A stretch of DNA of 57,674 nucleotides from Gammaproteobacteria bacterium SCGC AG-212-F23. GTDB taxonomy: Bacteria > Pseudomonadota > Gammaproteobacteria > DSM-16500. Of this stretch, positions 50,616-57,674 are shown one piece after another. How positions within the stretch are numbered: the first letter of the stretch is position 1; each line of letters starts with the position of its first letter. Under the pieces are notes generated by a model that saw only the letters and a program-made list of their open reading frames with translations, was not told where the DNA came from and did not search any database. Location: contig LSTE01000001.1 in NCBI GenBank assembly GCA_001644445.1, positions 1 through 57,674 on the forward strand, written 5' to 3'. The position numbers and the translations under genes were made by a program.

Positions 50616-50700
50616 CAGACCGAAGGTCTGAAGATTTAGCCTGGGGTTAACAACGCGTTTTTTGCGTGGCAATAATGCCATATCTTTTTAAGCGCTGTAA
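50616..50700. repeat. Module E, half copy
   Basis: CAGACCGAAGGTCTG hairpin, then TAGCCTGGGGTTAACAACGCGTTTTTTGCGTGG, then AGCGCTGTAA. It parallels the left arm of the 16346 and 32312 copies. Confidence 0.7.
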
Positions 50701-50735
50701 ACTTCTCAATTCTAGTTTCAGTTGGATTACTAATA

Positions 50736-52016
50736 TTACCGTGGACTTTTTCCCTGACGAGGTTGGTCTTTAGTGGCTTGGGGTTTATCTATTGTTTTTT
50801 CGTATTGAGGTTGCTTAGTTTGTCTATGAGCAGGTGGGTATAAGCTGCAGCGTGATAAATAGTGCGTTGTGTAAGTAAAAAAATCCGGAAAAAACATTTG
50901 TAATACGGGTTTAGGAAATTGAGCGATAAAAGTGGCCATTTCAGCGAGCTTGTGGTTTTCGTCTTGTTCTGCATAAGGACCATGTTTTGCTTGCATGGCT
51001 TGTTGAAATTGGTGAAAATCATTAAACAATGCTTCTATCCTTCCTTTTGCCGAATGAATATTTTTAGTATGGTGATAACAAATGGAATTTCCTTGAATTT
51101 TTCCGTGCCAAGTAAGTTGGCCAATGGGATAGTTGGGGCCTGGTTCTAAATAATCCCCATCACGTTGTAAAACATTTTTTTCTATAAGATAATGGATTCC
51201 TTTTTCACCACCGAATACGGATAAATCATTACAAAACGTTTGTGGCTTATAATGTTTAGCAGCTGCTAAAAACTGAATAAGAAGATGATTTTCCTCTGTG
51301 GATAGTGAGCATGTTGTTCTTTTTTGCCATAATGCTTTTATTTCACTCATATATTTGCTACCAGTTTCAATAGCTTGTTGCATTTGTTTTTTTCGTTGAG
51401 GGTCAAGAGTGCCATCTTTTTTTAAAAAAGGAATCGCCATTGTTTTGTTACTAATAGGAGATATAATATGACATCGTTTGTGCGCCTTTACGATAAGATG
51501 ACTCATCAGTTCGTTGAACAACGCTTTTTTGTAAGCGTTTTTTGCTAAATGGGATTTGTAATCAAGATAAACTGTTTCTTCGTCTACAGAATAGCCACCC
51601 ATGGTTTCTTCGTTACGTGCTCTTCCTAAAACAATTTTTAGTGATCTATCTCTAATATCCTGCCATAGTTGTGCTCTTGGTAACCAAGAATCCTCGCTTA
51701 AAATTTCTGCAATAGCCTCATCACATAATTGTCTAGCTTCTTGGGCTTTTTCTGGCGTTAAACTTTCTTGTAAAGGAGACGAGAGGATTGTGACGCCGTG
51801 TTTTATTATTTCCGCTGGCACTGGGTTAATCGTAATGCCTCCTGAAGGTCTAACAACAAAATCAGGATATTGTAATTTGGCTAAACCCGCAGTAATTTCT
51901 GGATTTTCTGTAATTTGTTTAGCTTCTATCTTTTGTACTTCATGTAGAAGAAGTATCATTATTATAAAAGAAATATTTGACGAGCTTGCTGGCGAATTTC
52001 CTCGAGTTTTTGACAT
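50736..52016 (-). CDS. Large orphan protein
   Basis: 426-aa uninterrupted ORF. It has a hydrophobic patch near the N-terminus (ISFIIMILLL) and a basic/Gln/Pro-rich C-terminal tail. No recognisable motif. Confidence 0.65.
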   Translation of the reverse strand: MSKTRGNSPASSSNISFIIMILLLHEVQKIEAKQITENPEITAGLAKLQYPDFVVRPSGGITINPVPAEIIKHGVTILSSPLQESLTPEKAQEARQLCDEAIAEILSEDSWLPRAQLWQDIRDRSLKIVLGRARNEETMGGYSVDEETVYLDYKSHLAKNAYKKALFNELMSHLIVKAHKRCHIISPISNKTMAIPFLKKDGTLDPQRKKQMQQAIETGSKYMSEIKALWQKRTTCSLSTEENHLLIQFLAAAKHYKPQTFCNDLSVFGGEKGIHYLIEKNVLQRDGDYLEPGPNYPIGQLTWHGKIQGNSICYHHTKNIHSAKGRIEALFNDFHQFQQAMQAKHGPYAEQDENHKLAEMATFIAQFPKPVLQMFFPDFFTYTTHYLSRCSLYPPAHRQTKQPQYEKTIDKPQATKDQPRQGKSPR

Positions 52017-52246
52017 GTTTATTTCTCAAATTAATTTAATGCTAGTCATTATACATAAGCAAGGTGAAAAGGGAAAGAGGAGCCATCTATCCTTTTGTTT
52101 CTTTTCGTTTTTTTAAAAAGTGTGATCTAAGCAAACGTGATTAGCTTAGTGAGCTAAATCAAAAAAATTAATTTTATGTTTCTTGAAAAAGCTGCTACAA
52201 TTTATTTCATTGTATTATGCTATCATCAGAAATGAAAAGGATGTTT

Positions 52247-52702
52247 ATGATGAATACTTTCCTACGAAAAAATCTAGTGAAACTTTTATTGCTTGTCTTT
52301 AGCATATTATTACCAGGATATCTATTAGCTGCAGAAGACAATAATTATAGCTCTCAATTGATTAATCAGAGCAAACACGCAGTAGCAGGTGGGTACACTC
52401 TCATAAAGACCCGAGTTTGGCCTGAAACTGGATGTGTGATAGATAGCGGCAAAGATATTATTCCTCCTGGCGAAAGCACCCAACTTAAAATTGCAAAGAA
52501 AAAAGAATGTGACCAAGCCGGTATTGGCTATTCCCTATATGAATCATCTGATGTAAAAAATACGCACTTGCTTGGCTATGTTTCTCATCGCTTTCGTGAT
52601 GGTAAATTTAGTTTGCAAGTATCTATTTTTTGCGAGGATGATCAATGTATTTTTAGAGGCCTTAATCCACAACAAGTTACTGTTCAACAGGATCATCAAT
52701 GA
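52247..52702 (+). CDS. Secreted Cys-containing hypothetical protein
   Basis: Start MMNTFLRKNLVKLLLLVFSILLPGYLLAAE (AAGGA 5 nt upstream; the track start is 52217). It has a signal peptide and 4 Cys. It overlaps the next ORF (ATGA). Confidence 0.55.
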   Translation: MMNTFLRKNLVKLLLLVFSILLPGYLLAAEDNNYSSQLINQSKHAVAGGYTLIKTRVWPETGCVIDSGKDIIPPGESTQLKIAKKKECDQAGIGYSLYESSDVKNTHLLGYVSHRFRDGKFSLQVSIFCEDDQCIFRGLNPQQVTVQQDHQ

Positions 52703-53355
52703 GTATAAAAAACTATTTTTACATAATTAAATCACTATTTTTTATTTCGTTTATCATGCTGCTTGGCTTTTCAATTAATGCTTATGCTAAGAATAAAGAT
52801 TTTCATTCTTCTTGCTTCGATATTTCATTGGCTGATAATTTAAATCTTATTGAAAAAACAGAAGAAAAAAATAATGGCTTTTATCGTTATATTTTTTCCT
52901 CAGCAAACAATGAGAATGCTGCATTGCAAATGCGTGTCATTGTTTCCAACAAAAAACCAGAAGCAAATCAAAGTCTAGAAGATTTTCAGACAGCTGCCAT
53001 TGGAGCGATGACTAGTATGTTTATGGACTCCTATAAGCTGTATCAATATATCAACACACCAGAAAATAAAAAAGTTTTAAGTGAAAAACCTTATCAATTA
53101 AAGTTAGGCAACACATCGCTTACTGGAGCAACAATGTATTTTGGTAATATCGATGCATCGTTTTTGGTAACTCGTGCAAATAATATGACATATGCCTTTA
53201 CACTCGTGAGCAAAAATAACAATGCACAAATAAGAAAAAATAATTTAAAAGCGCTCACAGAACAGTTGCAGTCTATAAAATTTTACTCTTGTTTTGAGAT
53301 TCGTGTCATCCCGAGTGTTTTGAAAAATACTGGTTTAACCCATAGACTAAACTAG
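52699..53355 (+). CDS. Secreted hypothetical protein
   Basis: 218 aa with signal peptide ...LGFSINAYA. Its 3' end overlaps convergent ycaC by 50 nt. Confidence 0.55.
   Translation: MSIKNYFYIIKSLFFISFIMLLGFSINAYAKNKDFHSSCFDISLADNLNLIEKTEEKNNGFYRYIFSSANNENAALQMRVIVSNKKPEANQSLEDFQTAAIGAMTSMFMDSYKLYQYINTPENKKVLSEKPYQLKLGNTSLTGATMYFGNIDASFLVTRANNMTYAFTLVSKNNNAQIRKNNLKALTEQLQSIKFYSCFEIRVIPSVLKNTGLTHRLN
53303..53315. repeat. Module C terminal fragment (GTGTCATCCCGAG)
   Basis: Exact match to the module C left terminus at 47487..47499. It lies in the overlap of two convergent CDS ends. Confidence 0.6.
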
Positions 53356-53932
53356 CAAATGGCATATCAAGACCACCATAGACTTTGAAAGCGAGTGGGC
53401 TGGCATTATCTTTTAATATTTCGACAACGACATTTGAATAACCCACTGTTTTAACACCTGCTTGTGCCATTCGCATCACGCCGAGTTCTCCCTGCTTGCG
53501 TGTGAATGCTCCTGATGCGTCAATCACTGCATAAACATCATAACCTTTGCCCACTGCAGTAATTGCTGGGAAGGCAAGACATACATCAGTCGTTATTCCA
53601 GTCATAATCAGCTTTTTTCGACCTGCTTTTTTAATTGCATCAGCAACGCGTTGATCGTCCCATGCGTTGACAGTGGTGCGTTCAATGATGGGAACTTCTT
53701 TTAATAATTCGCGCAATTCCGGAATCATAGGTCCCCACATACTTTCAGTCGTTGTCGTGACAATAATGGGAATGCCAAAAATTTTTATTGCTTTGACTAA
53801 GCCAGTAATATTATGTTTCAACTCAGCAGTATCTATATCTCTTACTCCTGTGTATAAACCAATCTGGTGGTCAATAACCACGAGCGCAGAATTTTCTTGG
53901 GTAAGAGTTTCATAATATTCTTTTCTGGTCAT
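53306..53932 (-). CDS. ycaC: Isochorismatase-family hydrolase YcaC-like
   Basis: 208 aa, collinear with E. coli YcaC (VIDHQIGL, ...TTTTES, NAWDD, ITGITTDVCLAFPA). Confidence 0.88.
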   Translation of the reverse strand: MTRKEYYETLTQENSALVVIDHQIGLYTGVRDIDTAELKHNITGLVKAIKIFGIPIIVTTTTESMWGPMIPELRELLKEVPIIERTTVNAWDDQRVADAIKKAGRKKLIMTGITTDVCLAFPAITAVGKGYDVYAVIDASGAFTRKQGELGVMRMAQAGVKTVGYSNVVVEILKDNASPLAFKVYGGLDMPFASLVYGLNQYFSKHSG

Positions 53933-53952
53933 TTCTCTTTCTCCTACAATGA

Positions 53953-54390
53953 TTATTTAAGTTTTTGCAGTATAAATAAAACAGATTCTCTTGAATGGTC
54001 TATTTCATTAGTAATGATATCGATCGCTCCATCATTTGTTTTTATTTTCATCCAATGTTTATTCCACGTTTGGGTTAATGTATGAATATTGTTGGGTATG
54101 GGAGGTGGCAACAATTCGCTTAAGTCATTAATCATTGCCACATGACTCCAGGCTAAATAAGGATTACCAAAAGTGTTATTGGGTTGATAACGAGCATAGT
54201 TTATGACAGCTTGAAGATCTCCAAGTTCTTTTAAAACTTCAAAAGCTGCAGTACGGATATTACGGTTTTTTTCAGTTTGCTCGTTGCGCCATGTATTGTA
54301 ATACAACGCGCTAATTGCAATAAACAAACTAATTATTGCAATTAAATTATTTTTAATTTGGTGAGGAATAGTGATTGTCTTCATAATCAA
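53953..54390 (-). CDS. Membrane-anchored hypothetical protein
   Basis: 145 aa with a single N-terminal TM (LIAIISLFIAISALYY). No recognisable domain. Confidence 0.5.
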   Translation of the reverse strand: MIMKTITIPHQIKNNLIAIISLFIAISALYYNTWRNEQTEKNRNIRTAAFEVLKELGDLQAVINYARYQPNNTFGNPYLAWSHVAMINDLSELLPPPIPNNIHTLTQTWNKHWMKIKTNDGAIDIITNEIDHSRESVLFILQKLK

Positions 54391-54593
54391 CTAGTAGTAT
54401 GTCTTACAAGCGCATACAAGTCAAAAAGTTATAAAATCATTTGTTGTAAAATACAACTCTATTTCCTTATTTAATTAATATTTAATCAGCGCGCGTATTT
54501 TTACCCGGCATTTGTTATTTAATTCAAGAATTAATTCATTGACTAACATTAATCTAACAAATAACCTGATATTAACACTTTAAGGAGACCATC

Positions 54594-55067
54594 ATGCGTT
54601 TATTAGCTGTAGTGTATTTATTTTTAACCTGGATATGTTTAGCTAGTACTGCGGCATTTGCGACGCCTGTCATTTTTAAACCTTCTGATATTGTCTTTCA
54701 ACCTGCGCCTGGTTTTCCGAAAGGAGCTCAAATTGTTTTGTTAAGAGGAGATTTGAGTAAACCAGAGCTTTACACGATACGATTTAAATTACCGGCCGGA
54801 TTTACCATTCTTTCTCACTGGCATGATAAAGACGAAGAATTAACTGTTCTTTCTGGAGCTGTGAATGTAGGCACAGGAGACAAAGTTGATAAATCGGCTT
54901 CTATAGCTTTGGCAGCAGGAGGTTACCAAATTGTTCCTGCAATGGCGCATCATTATGTCTGGACATCAGAAGATACTGTTTTTCAACTGGATGGTATGGG
55001 CCCACGCACAACAACTTTTGTGAATCCAGACGAGTGGGCTAAATTGATTAAAAACAGCAATCAATAA
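54594..55067 (+). CDS. Secreted cupin-domain protein
   Basis: Signal peptide ..STAAFA and cupin core SHWHDKDEELTVLSGAVNVG...YQIVPAMAHHYVW. AAGGAGA lies upstream. Confidence 0.75.
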   Translation: MRLLAVVYLFLTWICLASTAAFATPVIFKPSDIVFQPAPGFPKGAQIVLLRGDLSKPELYTIRFKLPAGFTILSHWHDKDEELTVLSGAVNVGTGDKVDKSASIALAAGGYQIVPAMAHHYVWTSEDTVFQLDGMGPRTTTFVNPDEWAKLIKNSNQ

Positions 55068-55084
55068 TTTCTAAGGATGTTACT

Positions 55085-55655
55085 ATGAATAAAATTAATT
55101 TGAAAAAAGCCATCATTATTTTTTTATTATCACCGCTTGTTGCTTTTGCAAATGTTCCTTCGTGGACAATTGTTCCTAATGAAAGCACATTAACCTTTAC
55201 TGCTACTCAAAACGGTGCTCCTGTGACAGGTCAATTTACCAATTTTACTGGCGATATTAATTTTGACCCCACACAACTAGACAAATCCAATGTGAAAATT
55301 GTTGTTAATGTTGGCTCAATATCGGACGCTTATCATGTGCTTTCCGATACACTTAAATCTGCTGAATGGTTTAATACTAAAGTATTTCCACAAGCCGTTT
55401 TTTCAATCCACAGGTTTTACTAAAACCGGGGACAAAACTTATCAAGCCAAGGGCACGCTGACCATTAGAGATAAAACACAACCTATTGTTTTAACTTTCA
55501 CTCAAGAAGAATATTCTCAAACAAAAGCAAAAATGACAGGAAGCACTACAATCAAACGTACCGCATTCGGTATTGGTCAAGGCGAATGGTCAGACACAAA
55601 AGCAGTCAAAGATGATGTGAAAATTAATTTTACTGTTAGCGCAATAAGAAAATAA
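55085..55655 (+). pseudogene. yceI: YceI-family periplasmic protein interrupted by a +1 frameshift in a T6 run
   Basis: Frame 1 (55085..55423) gives the signal peptide and the N-terminal half, up to ..WFNTKVFPQAVF. The other frame continues QSTGFTKTGDKTYQAKGTLTIRDKTQPIVL... to 55655. Removing one T from TTTTTT at 55398..55403 restores a ~190-aa YceI. Confidence 0.78.
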
Positions 55656-55715
55656 TAAATAGCGAATTACCATGATAAAAAAACAAGATAAGGCAAAAGC
55701 ATCACTCGAAACAAA

Positions 55716-56294
55716 TTATTGATGTTGAGCAATCCATTCTATGATTTTTGTTGCGGATGATTCTGGCGATAATTGTGTCACATCGAGTGTAAGTTCATTC
55801 GGTAGTTTGGAAAAAAACACTTTTTCATCTTTGAAACGCTTTTTGATTAGCTCAACATCTCGAGTTTTAAAATAATTTAATCGACTGTTATTTTGGACTC
55901 GGTTAAGTAATTCATCTAGCTCACAAGTGATTCGTATTGGCGTTAAATTGGCGCCACGTTTTCTAGCTGCCTGCTGAATTCGTTCAAAGTAATTTTGATG
56001 ATAGGGATTATTAGCTAGCATTTCCGATGTGATAACGAAATTTGAATCTTTTGGGCAAACTTCGGCGATTGTATAGAGCACAACATCAAGTGCTTGATTG
56101 ATTGCATTCCAGCCTTTTTCATTTAATGACCACATGACATCAGCATCATCACCTAAAAGTTTTAAAACAGGTTCCATCGCCAAATCCGGAGTGACTAATT
56201 TAAAATTTGGATTTTGCTTAACAATAGCTTCGCCTATCGTCATCTTCCCAGTTCCAGCTATACCCATCATCAGAATTATATTATTCTTCAGCAT
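55716..56294 (-). CDS. P-loop small-molecule-kinase-like protein (AAA_33 / chloramphenicol-phosphotransferase-like fold)
   Basis: 192 aa. Walker A MMGIAGTGKMT is at the N-terminus. Size and layout resemble nucleotide/antibiotic kinases. Its ATG lies 1 nt after the upstream Zn-finger ORF stop. Confidence 0.65.
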   Translation of the reverse strand: MLKNNIILMMGIAGTGKMTIGEAIVKQNPNFKLVTPDLAMEPVLKLLGDDADVMWSLNEKGWNAINQALDVVLYTIAEVCPKDSNFVITSEMLANNPYHQNYFERIQQAARKRGANLTPIRITCELDELLNRVQNNSRLNYFKTRDVELIKKRFKDEKVFFSKLPNELTLDVTQLSPESSATKIIEWIAQHQ

Positions 56295-56295
56295 A

Positions 56296-56544
56296 TCATT
56301 TATCCAAATAAAAATTAGAATAGGTCAGTAACCCATCTATTTGTAGGCGTTGGGATTGTAATTTTTTTTGCGTGGCTTTACGATCTTCACCTCCAATAAC
56401 ACCTTCACCGCATTTATCGCACCAATAGCCGGGTTGTTTTACGGTAATAGGTATAGATTTATAGCGCAATGTTATTAATTTTATCTGATGAGAACAAGAT
56501 TCTTCTCCACAAAAAGGACAGTGTTCTACTTTGCTTCTATTCAT
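56296..56544 (-). CDS. YgiT-type zinc-finger protein (MqsA N-terminal domain only, no HTH)
   Basis: 82 aa. The pattern CPFCGEE...(beta hairpin)...YWCDKCGEGV matches the CxxC...CxxC pattern of the MqsA Zn domain. The C-terminal XRE HTH of MqsA is absent. GAGAGG lies upstream. Confidence 0.6.
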   Translation of the reverse strand: MNRSKVEHCPFCGEESCSHQIKLITLRYKSIPITVKQPGYWCDKCGEGVIGGEDRKATQKKLQSQRLQIDGLLTYSNFYLDK

Positions 56545-56581
56545 AAGTGCTTACCTCTCGTGATTCGCATATTACGAATGT

Positions 56582-56626
56582 ATTATGACAGTTATTTGCT
56601 AAGTTTCAACGGGTGACAACTTGTCA
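56582..56626 (-). promoter_or_regulatory. Predicted sigma70 promoter with an adjacent palindrome for the Zn-finger/kinase operon
   Basis: On the minus strand: TTGAAA (56609..56604), a 16-nt spacer, then CATAAT (56587..56582). A perfect palindrome, TGACAA-c-TTGTCA, at 56614..56626 abuts the -35 element. Confidence 0.4.
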
Positions 56627-56707
56627 TCACTCAAAATTGTGTATGCAATTAAGATAAAGAATCAATCACTACTGCACTAATTTTTTCTAAATTATCTATC
56701 GCATTAT

Positions 56708-56820
56708 CATATTTTAGCGCTAATGACTTGAGTAACATAATAATCTTTTTCAATGACAGCTTCATTTAAGCTAATGCGCTGGTGCGTTACTGTTATTAAC
56801 TCTATTAAATCTTTTTTATT
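56708..56820 (-). pseudogene. Remnant of an AbiEii-type nucleotidyltransferase toxin (first ~38 codons only)
   Basis: The minus-strand translation ..KKDLIELITVTHQRISLNEAVIEKDYYVTQVISAKI* resembles the N-terminus (..EKD[YF]W/Y..) of AbiEii/DUF1814 proteins, which are normally 250-300 aa. It is now fused in frame to the antitoxin reading frame. The candidate ATG at 56826 is out of frame by 1 nt next to an A6 run. Confidence 0.4.
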
Positions 56821-57243
56821 TAGCATTGATTTTTTTCTCAAATATTAATTCACTGTTTCTATAGCCAATACGTCGACGGCAACGGCTTTTAAGTTTCACG
56901 ATGTTACGTACAGGAACTTGTGTTGATTTGCCTTCGTTGTAATCTTTTTCTGCGCTACCTGGTTCATATGCAACGCCTAAACGCTTTAATGCTTCTCTGA
57001 GGGTGGAGTCAGTGCCGTTTTTGACAAGAGGGATGTCGGAGTATTTGAGAGGTAGGCCTTAGCATAGATGCCGGCTCCGATTTTTACCAGTTTTTTTTCT
57101 GCAATTAATCCCTTTAAAACACGACTTATTTGTCGATAGGAGCCAAGGTCATTGAAGTCTTTGCGCAATACTACATTACCTTGGATCGCTTTTAGGCGGC
57201 CAATGGCTTGGTATTCTATACTTTCCAAATATTTTACACGCAT
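56821..57243 (-). pseudogene. AbiEi/DUF6088-like antitoxin (wHTH) disrupted by a frameshift
   Basis: The 85-aa ORF gives VLRKDFNDLGSYRQISRVLKGLIAEKKLVKIGAGIYAKA, an AbiEi-type wHTH. After ~57050 the homologous-looking continuation lies in another frame: ..LREALKRLGVAYEPGSAEKDYNEGKSTQVPVRNIVKLKSR..IGYRNSELIFEKK. Confidence 0.5.
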
Positions 57244-57253
57244 AATTTTATCG

Positions 57254-57317
57254 CCAATTTAGGACATATATTCAATTATAGCATATTAGATTATTTTGTC
57301 AATTTGGGACATATATT
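57254..57317. promoter_or_regulatory. Two 18-19-bp direct repeats upstream of the AbiEi-like gene (candidate operator)
   Basis: CCAATTTAGGACATATATT (57254..57272) and TCAATTTGGGACATATATT (57299..57317) match at 17/18 in the core, with a 45-bp spacing. They lie in the 108-bp spacer upstream of the antitoxin start. Confidence 0.45.
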
Positions 57318-57351
57318 ATTTATAACTGAATGATATTTATCATGTTTATCA

Positions 57352-57674
57352 TTATAGAAATTGATAGCTTTTGCTTACCTCCTTGATTGTGCCTAATGCT
57401 TTGATTAAGTTTTCAGCTTTTCCATCAAAAAGACCAGAAAGTAGTAGTGGATGTTTGTCTTTCAAACGGCTAACCTCTTGGGTAAGGTCATCTATCACTT
57501 TGTTATGAGAATTAAGCGCTTGAAATGACAGTGAACAAAATACATGATGATGCGAATCTTCTTTTTCTAGCCTGTAATCAATTAAGACGAGATTATAAAT
57601 CAGTTCAAACAAACAAAAATAATAATCGTAATGTCTATCATCAGGTATGACAGTGACTAGTGGAGCGCGCAAAA
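57352..57674 (-). CDS. C-terminal part of an unknown protein (ORF open at the right window edge)
   Basis: The frame stays open to the last base. The M in the track is only a TTG at the edge. No recognisable motif. Confidence 0.35.
   Translation of the reverse strand, partial: LRAPLVTVIPDDRHYDYYFCLFELIYNLVLIDYRLEKEDSHHHVFCSLSFQALNSHNKVIDDLTQEVSRLKDKHPLLLSGLFDGKAENLIKALGTIKEVSKSYQFL

Noticed and set aside
51601-52116. 171-aa plus-strand ORF antisense to the 426-aa gene
   Set aside because: It overlaps the longer ORF, has no RBS and its composition looks non-protein-like. The 426-aa frame is preferred, though neither has homology support.
54471-54486. TTAAT-N6-TTAAT direct repeat (TTAATTAATATTTAAT) resembling a PmrA-type tandem site upstream of the cupin or 145-aa genes
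   Set aside because: It is a very short AT-only motif in AT-rich intergenic DNA and is expected by chance. There are no second-half consensus bases and no known PmrA in the window.
55398-55403. Programmed ribosomal frameshift in yceI
   Set aside because: There is no slippery heptamer plus stimulatory structure, and no precedent for YceI. A simple homopolymer indel (error, pseudogene or phase switch) explains it.

Overview
This 57.7-kb window is from an AT-rich gammaproteobacterial chromosome. Gene content and protein sequences look Legionellales-like, but that is inference only, as no search was run. Most of it is core genome in E. coli-like synteny blocks. These are rne / rluC-yceD-rpmF-plsX-fabH-fabD-fabG-acpP-fabF-mltG-tmk-holB-ycfH-lolC-lolD-comEC; smc-zipA-ligA; sdhE-ygfX-lepA-lepB-rnc-era-recO-gltX-cysS; acnA / hemF; arfB; and yhbY. 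Lineage-specific genes are interspersed. They include a sensor kinase + receiver + membrane J-domain cluster, a PAS hybrid kinase, and several orphan ORFs with Ser/Thr/Pro-rich low-complexity tails (754, 426, 260 and 115 aa). The last 13 kb is accessory. It holds a LysR pair, secreted orphans, ycaC, a cupin, a frameshifted yceI, a Zn-finger/P-loop-kinase pair and a decayed AbiE toxin-antitoxin locus. I found no rRNA, tRNA, CRISPR array, transposase or integrase. The most unusual signal is non-coding. Five families of GC-rich palindromic MITE/REP-like modules are nested in one another. They fill almost every long spacer, sit at gene 3' ends, and in four cases supply the terminal codons of proteins. 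Their hairpin stems carry compensatory substitutions between copies. All functional calls come from reading the translations and motifs by eye, with no database search.
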